Shown: positions 9,388 through 20,093 of the stretch, piece by piece
Layout: every line of letters starts with the position of its first letter
Numbering within the stretch: position 1 is the stretch's first letter
NCBI GenBank assembly: GCA_027320085.1
Contig: DAHVLZ010000004.1
Location: 1 to 37,811 of the forward strand
Reading direction: 5' to 3'
Length of the DNA: 37,811 nucleotides
Source: Pseudomonadota bacterium
GTDB taxonomy: Bacteria > Pseudomonadota > Gammaproteobacteria > JAKAQQ01
Made by a program: the position numbers and the translations under genes
Notes under the pieces: generated by a model
Told to the model about the DNA's origin: nothing
What the model saw: the letters and a program-made list of their open reading frames with translations, nothing else
Database searches by the model: none

Positions 9388-9466
9388 GGGGTGCCGGAAA
9401 GAGGAGTTGGATGTCTCTCCCCTTCATGCGGGATTACGATTGGGCGGAACCTTCCGGAGATGATGG

Positions 9467-10909
9467 ATGAATGATGAAAAAGCCCTGGGACCAAAAAGTC
9501 CGTTCCTGCCGGTGATCCTGTCCGGCGGTGCCGGAACGCGGCTGTGGCCGCTGTCGCGGGCGGAACATCCGAAGCCCTTCCTCCGGCTGGAGGGGGGACG
9601 GAGCCTGCTCCAGGCAACCTTCGGGCGGGCCGCCGTGCTTCCGGGCGTCACCGCCGTGCTGACCGTGACCCACCGCGAACTCCTCTTCAAGACCCGGGAC
9701 GAATACGAGGCCGTGAACCCGGGCCGGCTCGCCACTCCCCTTCTCCTGGAACCGTCTTCCCGCAACACGGGGCCGTCGCTCGCCGTCTCCGCCCTCTGGG
9801 CCGAACGCCAGCACGGCGCGGAGACTGTCCTTCTGGCGCTCCCGGCCGATCATCTCATCGCGGACGAGGCGGCCTTTGCCCGGGCGGTGGAGGCCGCCAT
9901 CGCGCTTGCGGAGACCGGCCGGCTCGTCACTTTCGGCATCCGGCCGGATGCGCCCGAGACCCGCTACGGCTACCTTGAGGCCGAAGGCGACCGGGTCCTG
10001 CGCTTTGTCGAGAAACCGCCCGAGACGCTCGCCCGGGAGTTCGTCCAGAGCGGGCGCTTCCTCTGGAACGCCGGGATCTTCTGCATGAGGACCGGTGTTC
10101 TCCTGGCCGAGCTCGCGGCCCATGCCCCCGATCTTCTGGCGGCGGTCCGAAAGACCGTGGAATGTTCGCCGGGTTTCGGGGAGAGCCGGGATCCCGTCCT
10201 GCTCGATGCGGGAACCTTTGACCGGGTACCCGACCGCTCGATCGACTATGCCTTGATGGAATGTTCGCGGAAGATCGCGGTCGTCCCTGCGGATTTCGGG
10301 TGGAGCGACGTGGGTTCCTGGGGGGCCTTGGCAGCGCTCACCGCCCCGGATCCCCTGGGCAACCGCACCGCGGGCGAGGTCCGGACGCTCCAGAGCGAGG
10401 ATTGCTACGTCCAGAGCCCGAAGCGTCTGGCCACCCTCGTGGGCGTCCGTGACCTCATCGTGGTCGACACGGAAGATGCCCTCCTGGTCGCCCACCGCGA
10501 GCGGGTCGACGAGGTCAAGGCGGTTGTCGCCGATCTCCGGGCGAAAGGGCACGAATCCGCGCTGCGCCACCGCGAGGTCCACCGCCCCTGGGGGAGCTAT
10601 ACCGTGCTCGAGGAGGGCCCCCGCTTCAAGATCAAGCGCCTGGTCGTCCGGCCGAGGCATGCCCTCTCGCTCCAGATGCATCACCACCGGAGCGAGCACT
10701 GGGTCGTCGTGGCGGGCACGGCGGAAGTCGAGCAGGACGGCGAGAAGCGCCTGCTCCGGATCGACGAGTCGACCTATATCCCGGCCGGTAGCCGCCACCG
10801 CCTGGCCAACCCCGGGCTCGTGGACCTGGTGTTGATCGAGGTCCAGAGCGGGGAGTACCTGGGCGAGGATGACATCGTCCGCTTCGACGACGTCTGGGGG
10901 CGCTCGTAG
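9467..10909 (+). CDS. manC: Mannose-1-phosphate guanylyltransferase / mannose-6-phosphate isomerase
   Basis: PVILSGGAGTRLWPLSR..PKPF, FVEKP, WNAGIF and WSDVGSW motifs; C-terminal cupin domain RPWG..SLQMHHHRSEHW..EDDIVRF. Confidence 0.97.
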   Translation: MNDEKALGPKSPFLPVILSGGAGTRLWPLSRAEHPKPFLRLEGGRSLLQATFGRAAVLPGVTAVLTVTHRELLFKTRDEYEAVNPGRLATPLLLEPSSRNTGPSLAVSALWAERQHGAETVLLALPADHLIADEAAFARAVEAAIALAETGRLVTFGIRPDAPETRYGYLEAEGDRVLRFVEKPPETLAREFVQSGRFLWNAGIFCMRTGVLLAELAAHAPDLLAAVRKTVECSPGFGESRDPVLLDAGTFDRVPDRSIDYALMECSRKIAVVPADFGWSDVGSWGALAALTAPDPLGNRTAGEVRTLQSEDCYVQSPKRLATLVGVRDLIVVDTEDALLVAHRERVDEVKAVVADLRAKGHESALRHREVHRPWGSYTVLEEGPRFKIKRLVVRPRHALSLQMHHHRSEHWVVVAGTAEVEQDGEKRLLRIDESTYIPAGSRHRLANPGLVDLVLIEVQSGEYLGEDDIVRFDDVWGRS

Positions 10910-10930
10910 GGTCCCCCGGGGCCGCCTTGG

Positions 10931-11605
10931 TCAGAAGCTGAAACCGAGCCCGAGACTCACCACCGGATACCAGCGGTAACGCCCGATCGAAGCCTCGAGA
11001 TGCGCCTGTTCGGCGGCAATCCCGGCGGCGAGGCTCGGGTTGCTGGCGGCCTGGGGATCGACGAGGCTGACCGTGCCGCTTCGCTGGTAGAAGGCACCGA
11101 AGTCGACGCTGAAGAAGACCGGCAGGATCCCCGAGAAGGGATCCCCGAACCCGATTCCCAGGTAGGGGGCGAGATGGGGATAGGTGAGCGTGCCCGTGAG
11201 CGGTCCGGCCCGGCTCGCGGGATAGGTCGTCCCGTCGATCGTGTAGGTGCCGTTCTGGGGAGTGGCGAGGAGGGTCGCCTGGTTGTCGTTGTAGACAACC
11301 CCGCCGGTCAGCCGGAAGCCCATGCCCACCGGGTACCAGTCGACGAGGAGGGGCATGTTGCGGAGCACGGCGTGGCCATCGTAGCGGATGCCACCGCTCG
11401 TGTAGGCGTGGTTGAGCGAGAGGGTGTTGAAACCGACCCGGAAGTCGAGAAAGCTCCCCGCCAGGGGAAACCAGAGTGCGGCCCCGATCCCGGGGGTCCC
11501 GGCATCGGCCGAGACACCGAACCCGGCGGCCCGGACGGCCGGGGCGGTGAGGAGGGTGAGGGTCAGGAGGCAGGCCGGAAGACGGTGGGTGCGGGACCTG
11601 GACAT
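10931..11605 (-). CDS. Outer-membrane beta-barrel protein
   Basis: ATG at 11605 with GGAGG RBS; signal peptide ending in AVRA; beta-strand pattern (GFGVSADAGTPGIG, APYLGIGFG); C-terminal Phe (LGLGFSF). Confidence 0.8.
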   Translation of the reverse strand: MSRSRTHRLPACLLTLTLLTAPAVRAAGFGVSADAGTPGIGAALWFPLAGSFLDFRVGFNTLSLNHAYTSGGIRYDGHAVLRNMPLLVDWYPVGMGFRLTGGVVYNDNQATLLATPQNGTYTIDGTTYPASRAGPLTGTLTYPHLAPYLGIGFGDPFSGILPVFFSVDFGAFYQRSGTVSLVDPQAASNPSLAAGIAAEQAHLEASIGRYRWYPVVSLGLGFSF

Positions 11606-11628
11606 GGGTTTTCCTCCCCGGGGACAGC

Positions 11629-12468
11629 CTATCGTAGGCCAAAACCCGGTGCCGGGGAATTCCCCGGGCCGGGCTTTTGGGCCACGTAGTAGATCCAGGG
11701 CTCGGGATCCCCGGCCGGTTTGGTGGAGACGGGCTGGCCCGGGAGGAGGGGCTCGCCCGAGAACGAGTAGAGGCCGCAGGTCGAGAATCCCGCGGCCTCG
11801 AGCTGGGCGAGCTGGGATGCCGGCCGGATGTGATAGGCCACGACGGAGAAATTCCGTTCGCCCACGACCCTGAGGCTCCAGTCTTCCCCCTCGCGGAGCC
11901 CATGCCGGAGTCTTTGGTAGTTGAGGCCGCCCATGAGGTAGTGCGCGGCGCGCACCAGTGTGCGCAAAGGGTTCGGGGAGGGCACGAAACGGCTGCGGGC
12001 GTAGGGGGGAGGCTCGGTGAAGGCGGCATTGTGGCTCGAGAAGACGAAATAACCGCCGGGGGCCAGCACGCGCCGGATCCCGGCCAGCGCCCGGAGGCGT
12101 CCTGCATGGTCGATGTAGTCCAGGCCGTTGAAGGAGAAGAGGACAAGCGCAAAGTGGTCCGCGGGAAGGGCGTCCAGGCCGCGTGCATCCCCGACCTCGA
12201 AACGGAGATCCGGATGGGCCTTGCGGGCGGCTTGGATCATGCGGGGGGCGTAGTCGAGGCCGAGATAGTCGCCGGCCAGGGCCGCGAGATCGGGAGCGGT
12301 CCGGCCGGTGCCCACGCCGAGGTCGAGTACCGGGCGGTTTCCCACCGAGGGGGCCAGGTCGGCCAGGATCTTGGCCTCGGCCGGGAAGAGTCCGCTCTGT
12401 CCGCGGTATTTGCGGACCATGGGGGGGGCCTGGTAGCGCCTCCGGTTGCTCTGGCTGATATCCGTCAT
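11629..12468 (-). CDS. Class I SAM-dependent methyltransferase
   Basis: VLDLGVGTGR, GLDY, FSFNGLDY and RRVLAPGG..FSSHN motifs; ATG at 12468 overlaps the upstream stop. Confidence 0.88.
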   Translation of the reverse strand: MTDISQSNRRRYQAPPMVRKYRGQSGLFPAEAKILADLAPSVGNRPVLDLGVGTGRTAPDLAALAGDYLGLDYAPRMIQAARKAHPDLRFEVGDARGLDALPADHFALVLFSFNGLDYIDHAGRLRALAGIRRVLAPGGYFVFSSHNAAFTEPPPYARSRFVPSPNPLRTLVRAAHYLMGGLNYQRLRHGLREGEDWSLRVVGERNFSVVAYHIRPASQLAQLEAAGFSTCGLYSFSGEPLLPGQPVSTKPAGDPEPWIYYVAQKPGPGNSPAPGFGLR

Positions 12469-13358
12469 CGCCGGATGTGCCTCCCGCCAAGACGGATCAG
12501 GGTCTCGCCCCAGTCGAGGAGACGGCCCTTCAGGGGGGAGAGGGTGAGAGTTGACTGGTAACTCATCCGGACCTCGCCGTGGAAAGTGTCCTTGAACGCG
12601 GTTGGTCCATGGCCCGGGGTGGGATCGGCGCCGCCCAGGTCGAGCAAGGCAGCTCCCTGATCCCGGAACAGCCGGGTCGCCTCCCACAGGGTCAGGCTGC
12701 CGGTGTAGGGGGCTTCCGCGATCCGTTCGAATCCGCCGATCCAGTAGACCGGGTAGGCCTCGGTCCAGAAGAACATGCCGCCGATCACGACTCCCGCCCG
12801 TCGTGTCACGATGAGCGTCGTGAGCGAAGGATCGCGAAAGAGGGTCTCGACCAGGGAGCGCGGCTGGGCGGGGAAGCCCTTCTGTGAGGCAACCCGGCGG
12901 TAGATCGACCAGAACGACTCGAAGTCGGCATCGGTCTCTGCGAGGTGGGCGGTGACCCCGGCGCGTTTCGAGCGGCGGATCTTGCGGCGCGTGTTCGGAC
13001 CGATCGCTTCCCACAGCTGCTCCTCGCCCGGCCCGAGGTCGAGGATCCGCGTCTCGAGCGGTTGGCAGCGAGAGGGCTCTGGGCTCACGAGCGGGGCCGT
13101 GGTGATGATCTGGAGACGGGCGGAGCGCGCTTTCCGGGCCTGGGTTGTGATCGCGGCGAGGCCTTGAGCCGTGGAGTCGGATGCATGGTAGACCTTGAAC
13201 GTCGAGGCGCCGATCATGGGCTGCCGGGAGAGGAAGCCCATGCCGCCCTCGAAGGGGACCAAGACCTGGCCGGTCTCGCGCGCGAAGATCTCGGCGAAGC
13301 GGGGGGTTCCGAAGATGAGGTGGCTGCCCTGCCAGGGGGGATCCCGGGCCGGGTTCAT
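12465..13358 (-). CDS. FemAB-like / GNAT-fold transferase
   Basis: ILDL...EEQLW...TRRKIRRS, LW.......G..LLDLGG and AFKDTFHG motifs of the FemABX/Acetyltransf_6 family; ATGA overlap with the upstream gene. Confidence 0.8.
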   Translation of the reverse strand: MNPARDPPWQGSHLIFGTPRFAEIFARETGQVLVPFEGGMGFLSRQPMIGASTFKVYHASDSTAQGLAAITTQARKARSARLQIITTAPLVSPEPSRCQPLETRILDLGPGEEQLWEAIGPNTRRKIRRSKRAGVTAHLAETDADFESFWSIYRRVASQKGFPAQPRSLVETLFRDPSLTTLIVTRRAGVVIGGMFFWTEAYPVYWIGGFERIAEAPYTGSLTLWEATRLFRDQGAALLDLGGADPTPGHGPTAFKDTFHGEVRMSYQSTLTLSPLKGRLLDWGETLIRLGGRHIRR

Positions 13359-14389
13359 GGCCGGGACAGGATCCGGCGGGTGAGGCGCCGGATCATGCGG
13401 AGCCACCGCTCAGGCAGGTGTCGATGGATCTCCTCGCGCGCGAGACGGAGGAAGGCGGGGGCGAGGTCGGACCAGAAGGGCGGTCGGATTGTTTCCGCCC
13501 GGTCGGTGGGGGCAAGCTTCCCGATCGGGCCCTCGAGATAGCCCAGTCCGAAACGCCAGCGCCAGGAGGCGGCCGAATACCAGATCCGGTAATGCCCGGG
13601 GGAGTCCTTGAGGAAGGTGCTCCGGTAGATCATGCGGTTGTCCCAGCCCAGGCGGGTTGGGCCAAGCAGGGGGACCGGCGGGATCGGATGGAAGGTTCGA
13701 CCGTCTGCCGAGGCCAGGGCGAAGAGCCGGGTCCGGGAGTTGTTGCTTCCCAGCGGGAAGGCGGCCAGGAGCGCCTCGTAACCCGAATCGACGGCCACGA
13801 CGTCGAGATGCCAGGGCATCTCGCCGGGAAGCCCCACGAGACAGGGTTCGGCCGGTCCGAGATGAAACAGGTCCGGTCCCCGCTGGCAAACCACCTGCAG
13901 GGTCGTGGGGTCATCCCGAAGGCGCCTGACCGACCAGAGCCGAATGCCGTCCGGACCAATCACCACGGCGGGACTCACTTCCTGCCAACCGGACTGGAAG
14001 ATCCGGGCCGCCGACCAGTGGCGCCCATCCTCGCTGTCCATGACCGAGAACCATGACTCGCCCGTGCTCTTCCGGGTCGTCATGAAAAGGAGGTGGAGTC
14101 TCCTCCCGTCGAAGGCCAGTTCGGTATCTGCATGGTGGACATCCGGGTCGCCCGGGGCTGGAACCAGAGGATCGGTCACGCCCTCCGGCCGCTCCCAATG
14201 GTAGCCCTCCCGGCTGGCCCGGACCACGGGGTTTTCCGCGCGGTCGCTACCGAAGGGATACGGAGTGAAGGCCATCCAGTAAGGATAGCCACCGAATCCC
14301 CCCGGCAGGTGGAGGACATCCGGGTGGACCAGCTGGACGTGTCCGAGCTCGTGGCCGATCGAAAGCGGACGGGGGGCATTGTGGTTCAT
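13355..14389 (-). CDS. Beta-propeller glycoside-hydrolase-like protein
   Basis: HPDV..GGYPYWMAFTPYP..ENP, HADTEL, SEDGRHWS and SADGRTF (Asp-box-like), WDNRMIYRS, RIWYSA; the pattern resembles GH32/43/130-like propellers. Confidence 0.6.
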   Translation of the reverse strand: MNHNAPRPLSIGHELGHVQLVHPDVLHLPGGFGGYPYWMAFTPYPFGSDRAENPVVRASREGYHWERPEGVTDPLVPAPGDPDVHHADTELAFDGRRLHLLFMTTRKSTGESWFSVMDSEDGRHWSAARIFQSGWQEVSPAVVIGPDGIRLWSVRRLRDDPTTLQVVCQRGPDLFHLGPAEPCLVGLPGEMPWHLDVVAVDSGYEALLAAFPLGSNNSRTRLFALASADGRTFHPIPPVPLLGPTRLGWDNRMIYRSTFLKDSPGHYRIWYSAASWRWRFGLGYLEGPIGKLAPTDRAETIRPPFWSDLAPAFLRLAREEIHRHLPERWLRMIRRLTRRILSRP

Positions 14390-15318
14390 GGGGGGGGCGG
14401 CTCAAGCCAGTGGGCGAGGTTCCGGCCGGTCAAGGTCATGAGGTCCCGGATGTCCGGGGTGTAGGCCTCGATGATCTCCCGGCGCAGCCCGGGATCCAGA
14501 AAGGGGCGCGGGGCCTCGAGGTTGAGGTTGAGCCGTTGCAGGCTCTCGATCACCGGCTGGTGGATGCGGATCTTGCGGAGATCGACTCCCAGCCGGGACT
14601 GTACCCTCCGGTTCAAATCCCGGGCGTGTCCGAGTGCCCAGGTGAGTCCGGACTGGAAGAGGGGCGAGCGGACGTCGGCATAGGGGTTCACGACCGGGAA
14701 CTCCGACCGGTCGTCGGGTGCCAGGCCGAGGAAAGCGAGTGTCTCGTTGTAGACCCGTCGGGCATCCCCGCACAGATCTTCGTAGAAGAAGATTTTCACC
14801 TGGATGCCTGGAAAGTGGGCGAAGACCCGCTTGAGCTGTTCCGCGTAACGGGCCACCTCGCGGTAATAAAGGAACTCGGGTGTGCGGCACCCGGCGGGGA
14901 TGGCCGATCCCGCCCGGCGCTCGTGCTCAAGTCGCCAGGCGGTGCCGAAATCCGGCGCACTCTCGATGCCGGTCTGGCGCTGCTGGGCGAAGAGCGAGAC
15001 CACCATCTCGTCCGGGCGGCGGAGGAGGGCGAGCAGACGTGCACCCGGGCAGAGACGGGCGATCTCGGGAATGGCACGGCGCGAGTAGAGGTACCAGACG
15101 GAGGCGTCTCCCCGCACACGGACAGGGGGCCCGGCCGGGTCGAAGAGCGCCTCGTACTCGTCTTGGCGGTGGACCCCCCGGTGGCCGGGAAAGTCGAAGG
15201 TGAAGTATTGGGGTTCCTTGGGCTCGCACATGAAGATGTCGGGCCGTTCGGCGAGATAGGTGGCCAGCGCGGTCGTGCCGGCCTTGGGTGCTCCGATGAT
15301 GAAGAAGTCAGGCAGCAT
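14386..15318 (-). CDS. PAPS-dependent sulfotransferase
   Basis: [16 protein letters not shown] (5'-PSB loop), KEPQYF, and LRRPDEMVVS (3'-PB motif). Confidence 0.92.
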   Translation of the reverse strand: MLPDFFIIGAPKAGTTALATYLAERPDIFMCEPKEPQYFTFDFPGHRGVHRQDEYEALFDPAGPPVRVRGDASVWYLYSRRAIPEIARLCPGARLLALLRRPDEMVVSLFAQQRQTGIESAPDFGTAWRLEHERRAGSAIPAGCRTPEFLYYREVARYAEQLKRVFAHFPGIQVKIFFYEDLCGDARRVYNETLAFLGLAPDDRSEFPVVNPYADVRSPLFQSGLTWALGHARDLNRRVQSRLGVDLRKIRIHQPVIESLQRLNLNLEAPRPFLDPGLRREIIEAYTPDIRDLMTLTGRNLAHWLEPPPP

Positions 15319-16654
15319 GCGGAGAGCGGGGGATGCCGTAGAAGGGGAGGATCCAGAAGCCGTGGCGATGTCGCAGGTAGCCGACCATCGCGAGGTTCCA
15401 TCCGGCCAAGGCGAGGGAGGCAGCCACCGCGGCGCCGAGTGCACCCCAGAGCGGGATCGCGAGGAGGGCGGTGGCCACCTCGAAGAAGGCGCCCGTGAGC
15501 AGGATCCAGAACGCGGCCTGGTGCGACCCGGTCATGGCCAGGAAATAACCCACAGGACCGACCGATACATTGATGATCTGGCCGGCGAGCAGGACCAGAA
15601 GCGGCCTCTCTCCCGCCGCGAAGCCGGGTCCGAAGAGGTGCAGGACAAACCGGCCGTCCAGCCCGAAAATCAGGGCCACGACGAGGCCAAAGGCGCTTCC
15701 CCACCGGATCGTGCGATTGACCACCTGCCGGAGTTCGGGGAGGCGCTTTTGGGCATACAGTTCCGCGATCAGGGGGGCCACGACCCCGTTCAGTGCCGTG
15801 AGCCCGAAGGACACGAACCCGGCCAGGCGCACCGCCGGCTGGTAATACCCCTCGGAGCTCCGGTTCCCCAGGATCCCGAGGAGCAGGAGATCGCTGCGTG
15901 TGCTCACCATGTTGAGGAATCCCATCCCGAGGAGCGGCCCGGCCACGCCGAGCCAGATCCGCCACGGGGTGGCCGGCTCCCCGGGTTCCTCCGGAAGTCC
16001 GGCGGCTGCCCGGCGGATCAGGAGCCACTGGACCAGGACCCCGCAACCGACCCCGAGCGTGATGGCCGAGAGTCCCTGGCTGACCGTGAGGGACACGCGA
16101 TGGGTGGTGTCGAGGAGGACCAGGAGCACCGCCGCGGCCGCGAGCGGCCGCACCAGGTATTCGGCCCAGAGCGCTCGGGCCGGCTGGCCCAGTCCCTGGA
16201 GGATGCCCTGGTTCAGGCTGGAAAGCGCGGTCAGGGGAACGAGCGCGAGGAGCCAGGCCAGGCTCTCCGCCATGGCCCGGTGCGGTGAGAGGAGGGCCAG
16301 GGCGGCCAGGGTGAGGAGGGCGATGGCGAGACCCAGGCTGCCCACGAGTCCGTTCGCCCGGATGAGGAGCCGGCGCGCGAGCCGGCCGGTACCAGCCGAG
16401 CGGTATTCAGGCAGGAAACGCATCACGGCAACGTCCAGGCCGGCGCGGGCGGGAACGGCCACGAAGGCGGCAAGCACGGTGAGAAACACGTATTCGCCGT
16501 AGCGCGGGAGGCCGAGCAGCCGCGCGAGGAGGATGTTCAACCCGAACGCGAGCGCGAGTCCGGTCCCGCGGAGTCCCATCACCCGGAGTCCGCCCTTCGA
16601 AAAGCGGGTTCCGGGATCGGGCGCCGGCCGGGCCGTGGGGAGGGGGGCCTTCAT
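15308..16654 (-). CDS. Wzx-type oligosaccharide flippase (MOP superfamily)
   Basis: About 12 TM helices; LARLLG..YG, D.LLLG....GYY, FG..F..G and WGALGAAVA patterns; ATG at 16654 overlaps the mutS stop. Confidence 0.88.
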   Translation of the reverse strand: MKAPLPTARPAPDPGTRFSKGGLRVMGLRGTGLALAFGLNILLARLLGLPRYGEYVFLTVLAAFVAVPARAGLDVAVMRFLPEYRSAGTGRLARRLLIRANGLVGSLGLAIALLTLAALALLSPHRAMAESLAWLLALVPLTALSSLNQGILQGLGQPARALWAEYLVRPLAAAAVLLVLLDTTHRVSLTVSQGLSAITLGVGCGVLVQWLLIRRAAAGLPEEPGEPATPWRIWLGVAGPLLGMGFLNMVSTRSDLLLLGILGNRSSEGYYQPAVRLAGFVSFGLTALNGVVAPLIAELYAQKRLPELRQVVNRTIRWGSAFGLVVALIFGLDGRFVLHLFGPGFAAGERPLLVLLAGQIINVSVGPVGYFLAMTGSHQAAFWILLTGAFFEVATALLAIPLWGALGAAVAASLALAGWNLAMVGYLRHRHGFWILPFYGIPRSPHAA

Positions 16655-19245
16655 CGTGTGGGGTCCGGCGGGGAGGCGGCCCACTGCCCATGCCAGCGGA
16701 CGAGGAGGTTCAGGGCCTCGATCGGGGTCAGGCTCTCCGGATCGATGGCCCGGAGGGCATCCCTGAGGGCCTGTTCCGGGCTTTCGGGCGGTGCGGAAAA
16801 GAGGGGGGACTGGCTGCCGGGGGTGGTGGCCGGTGGACGGAGGGGCGTCTCGAGCTCGGCGAGCTTGGCCTGCGCGCTCCGGATCACGGCAGCCGGCACT
16901 CCCGCGAGCGATGCCACCTGGAGTCCGTAGCTCTCTCCGGCAGGGCCCTCCTCGACCCGGTGCAGGAAGAGGAGCTGCCCCCGGTGCTCGCGGGCCAGGA
17001 CGTGGATGTTCGCGGCCTCGGGCAGATGCTCGGGCAGGAGCGTGAGTTCGAAGTAGTGGGTTGCAAAGAGGCAAAAGGCGCCCACCGTCCGGCACAGGTA
17101 GTGGGCGGTGGCCCAGGCGAGCGCGATGCCGTCGTGGGTTCCGGTGCCCCGTCCCACCTCGTCCAGGAGCACCAGGCTTTTCCCCGTGGCCTGGTTGAGG
17201 ATCGATGCCGTCTCGATCATCTCGACCATGAAGGTCGAGCGGCCGCGCACGAGATCGTCGTTCGCCCCGATGCGCGTGAAGATGCGGTCGACGGGGCCCA
17301 CGATGAAGGACTCGGCCGGGACGAAGGAGCCGGCATAGGCCAGGATCACGGCGAGTGCGGTCTGGCGCATGTAGGTGCTCTTGCCCCCCATGTTGGGCCC
17401 TGTGAGGATGAGGAGACGGCGGGCGGGGTTGAGCTCGAGGTCGTTCGGGACGAAGGGTTCCGGACGGGCCGCCTCCTCGACGACCGGGTGGCGACCGCCG
17501 CGGATGGAGAGCCTGGGCTCGTCGGTGAGCGTGGGCCGGGTGAAGCCCAGGGTCCGGGCCCGTTCGGCGAAACCCGAGAGGACGTCGATCTCGGCCACGG
17601 CCCGGGCCGTGGCGGCAAGACGGGGCGCGGATCTTGCGAGATCGGCGACGAGCGCTTCGTAGAGTTCACGCTCGCGGGCGAGGGCACGGGATTCCGCGGA
17701 GAGGACGCGATCCTCGAAGGCGCGGAGGGCCTGTGTGGTGAAGCGCTCGGCTCCCTTCAGGGTCTGGCGCCGCTCGTAGTGGGCGGGAGCCCGTTCGGCC
17801 TGTCCCCGCGTGAGTTCCAGGTAGTAGCCATGCACCCGGTGGAAACCCACGCGCAGGCCGGGAATCCCGGTCCGTTCCCGTTCCTCGACCTCGAAGCGGG
17901 CAAGGGCGGCACCCGTGTCCCCGCCGGTCTTCCGGAGCTCGTCGAGGGTGGCATCGAAGCCCGCGCGGATGACGCCGCCCTCCCGCACCAGGGCCGGGGG
18001 CTCCGGATCAAGTGTGCGCTCGATGGTGAGGACCCACTCGTCGTGCGGGGCAAGCCGGCTTGTGAGTGCTGTCCAGCGTGGGGAGGCGAGGGATCCGATC
18101 CGGGCCTGGAGATGGGGCAGCACCCTGAGGGAGCGGGCAAGCGTCCAGAGCTCACGCGGGCGGATCGAGCCCAGGGCCAGGCGGGTGCCCAGCCGCTCGA
18201 GGTCCTGGATGCCCGCGAGGAGGGCGGCGAGTTCCTTTAGATTTCCGTTCTCGAGGAGCTCGGAGACAGCCTCATGACGTTCCCGGACCGCACCGGTATC
18301 CCGAAGGGGTCGCAAGAGCCAGGTACGGAGCAGGCGCGATCCCATGGGGGTTTGGGTCGAGTCGAGGAGGCTGATCAGTCCGCCCCCTCGTCCCTCCCGC
18401 GGGCGGGTCTCGAGGTCGAGGTGACGGAGGGTCTCGGGATCGAGGACGAGACAGTCGTCCGTCGTTTTCCGGTTGAGCGACAAGATCTGGGGCAGTCTTC
18501 CCCCCAGGGTCGACTGGACGTAGACGAGAAGCGCGCCGGCGGCCGAGATGGCCCGGGGTCGGTCCTCGCACCCGAAGGGGGTGAGATCCGGGGTTCCGAA
18601 CTGCGCAAGGAGCGAGCGACGGGCAGAGGGGATCTCGAAATGCCAGGGGGGGATCAGCCTCCGGGCGACGGGAAGCGCCTGGGCGAAGTCTTCCACGAGC
18701 CCGCTGGCCTCCGGGAGGATGGCCTCCGCGGGCGCGAGCCGCCCGAGCTCCGCCAGAATTTCGTAGGGTTCGGTGCTTTCCAAGACTTGGAAGTCGCCAG
18801 TCGAGGGTTCGAGCGCTGCCAGAGCGAACCCCTCGGGGCCTCCTGTGAGGGATACGATCCAGTTGCTGCGCTTGGCGTCGAGGAGTTGGGGCTCGATGAG
18901 TGTGCCCGGGGTCACGATACGGGTCACGCGTCGCTCGATGAGGCCCATCCCGTCGGCTTCTCCAACCTGGTCGCAGATGACGGCGGAGTGCCCGAGGCCC
19001 AAAAGTTTCGCGAGATGCCCCTCGAGCGCATGGACCGGTACCCCGGCCATGGGGATCGGGGCACCGGCCGAGGTGCCACGCTCGGTCAGGACGATGTTGA
19101 GGAGCCGGGATCCCAGGCGTGCGTCGTCGTAGAACAGCTCGTAGAAATCGCCCATGCGGAAAAAGACGAGCCGGTCCGGATGCCCGGATTTGACCGCGAG
19201 GTATTGCCGCATGAGCGGGGTGTGGTTGTCGTTCGAGTTGGGCAT
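16651..19245 (-). CDS. mutS: DNA mismatch repair protein MutS
   Basis: [19 protein letters not shown], Walker [35 protein letters not shown] and SYGLQVA motifs. Confidence 0.98.
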   Translation of the reverse strand: MPNSNDNHTPLMRQYLAVKSGHPDRLVFFRMGDFYELFYDDARLGSRLLNIVLTERGTSAGAPIPMAGVPVHALEGHLAKLLGLGHSAVICDQVGEADGMGLIERRVTRIVTPGTLIEPQLLDAKRSNWIVSLTGGPEGFALAALEPSTGDFQVLESTEPYEILAELGRLAPAEAILPEASGLVEDFAQALPVARRLIPPWHFEIPSARRSLLAQFGTPDLTPFGCEDRPRAISAAGALLVYVQSTLGGRLPQILSLNRKTTDDCLVLDPETLRHLDLETRPREGRGGGLISLLDSTQTPMGSRLLRTWLLRPLRDTGAVRERHEAVSELLENGNLKELAALLAGIQDLERLGTRLALGSIRPRELWTLARSLRVLPHLQARIGSLASPRWTALTSRLAPHDEWVLTIERTLDPEPPALVREGGVIRAGFDATLDELRKTGGDTGAALARFEVEERERTGIPGLRVGFHRVHGYYLELTRGQAERAPAHYERRQTLKGAERFTTQALRAFEDRVLSAESRALARERELYEALVADLARSAPRLAATARAVAEIDVLSGFAERARTLGFTRPTLTDEPRLSIRGGRHPVVEEAARPEPFVPNDLELNPARRLLILTGPNMGGKSTYMRQTALAVILAYAGSFVPAESFIVGPVDRIFTRIGANDDLVRGRSTFMVEMIETASILNQATGKSLVLLDEVGRGTGTHDGIALAWATAHYLCRTVGAFCLFATHYFELTLLPEHLPEAANIHVLAREHRGQLLFLHRVEEGPAGESYGLQVASLAGVPAAVIRSAQAKLAELETPLRPPATTPGSQSPLFSAPPESPEQALRDALRAIDPESLTPIEALNLLVRWHGQWAASPPDPTR

Positions 19246-19368
19246 AAGGAGCGGGGGAGACCGTCCGGCGGTTCCTTCGTGCATCATAAACCATGCCGGG
19301 GCTGGATCCTGGGCGAATCCGGCAAAGATGGCCGAAGTCGGTGAAGATTGAGATTCGGAGGACTGAGG

Positions 19369-19878
19369 ATGGAAGAGGCGGCGATTCCCACTGCACAACC
19401 GGCGGACCCGGTCGTGGAAGCCATTGCGCAATGGCTCTTGGGCCGCGGCGAATGGCTGGTCGTCGCCGAATCGCTCACGGGCGGGGGTCTGGCCGGGCGG
19501 CTCACGGCCGTTGCGGGTGCCTCGCGGTGGTTTCTCGGAGGGTTCGTCACCTATGCCGATACCGCGAAACGGGACTGGCTCGGCCTTGCGCCGGAAATCC
19601 TGGAACGGGAGGGCGCGGTGTCGTGGCACGCGGTCCGGGCCTTGCTTTGCGGATTGCGCGATCGCACACCGGCCGACTGGATGATGGCCGTGAGCGGGTA
19701 TGCGGGACCTTCCGGTGATCCTGTGGGGCGGGTTTACATCGGCTGGGACCGGAGGCAGCCGGGACCCGGCTGGCCCCGCATCCGCCGTTTCGATTTTCCG
19801 GGCGATCGTGCAGCCGTGCGAGGCCAGGCGGTCCAGGCGGCTCTGGAGGGTCTCCTCGACGGGCTCGGGGAGCTCTGA
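19369..19878 (+). CDS. cinA: CinA C-terminal domain protein / NMN deamidase (PncC)
   Basis: [21 protein letters not shown]...[13 protein letters not shown] and FPGDRAAVR motifs; GGAGG RBS; divergent from mutS. Confidence 0.9.
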   Translation: MEEAAIPTAQPADPVVEAIAQWLLGRGEWLVVAESLTGGGLAGRLTAVAGASRWFLGGFVTYADTAKRDWLGLAPEILEREGAVSWHAVRALLCGLRDRTPADWMMAVSGYAGPSGDPVGRVYIGWDRRQPGPGWPRIRRFDFPGDRAAVRGQAVQAALEGLLDGLGEL

Positions 19879-20021
19879 CCCCCAGGAGGATCTGACCGGG
19901 AAACGAGCGCGGGAAGGCTGTGAGCGGGCTGCTGTGAGTGAATCCGCCCTCCGTGCTTCCTGTTGGAAAGCCATGCCCGGGTCAGGCTCACCCTTGGAGT
20001 GCCGTGTGAGCGGGGTTTTTC

Positions 20022-20066
20022 GGTAAGGTAATTATGCCTTGCAATGTAAGGCATATATGCATTACA
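20022..20066. promoter_or_regulatory. Probable toxin-antitoxin autorepression operator made of alternating 11-bp half-sites
   Basis: TATGCCTTGCA (20033-43), inverted TGTAAGGCATA (20045-55), TATGCATTACA (20056-66), plus a degenerate GGTAAGGTAAT (20022-32). Confidence 0.7.
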
Positions 20067-20093
20067 CTCCGGATCCATCCCGAGGCCATTCCC

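Noticed and set aside
16690-19396. Long alternative-frame and antisense ORFs over mutS (similar ones overlie copA, the EAL gene, the GT2 gene and manC)
   Set aside because: Shadow ORFs expected in high-GC coding DNA; they have no recognisable motifs.
19246-19974. 243-codon N-terminal extension of MutS in the ORF track (similar extensions on several other genes)
   Set aside because: It overlaps cinA on the opposite strand, and the MutS motif begins at ATG 19245; starts were reassigned using RBS, overlaps and motifs.
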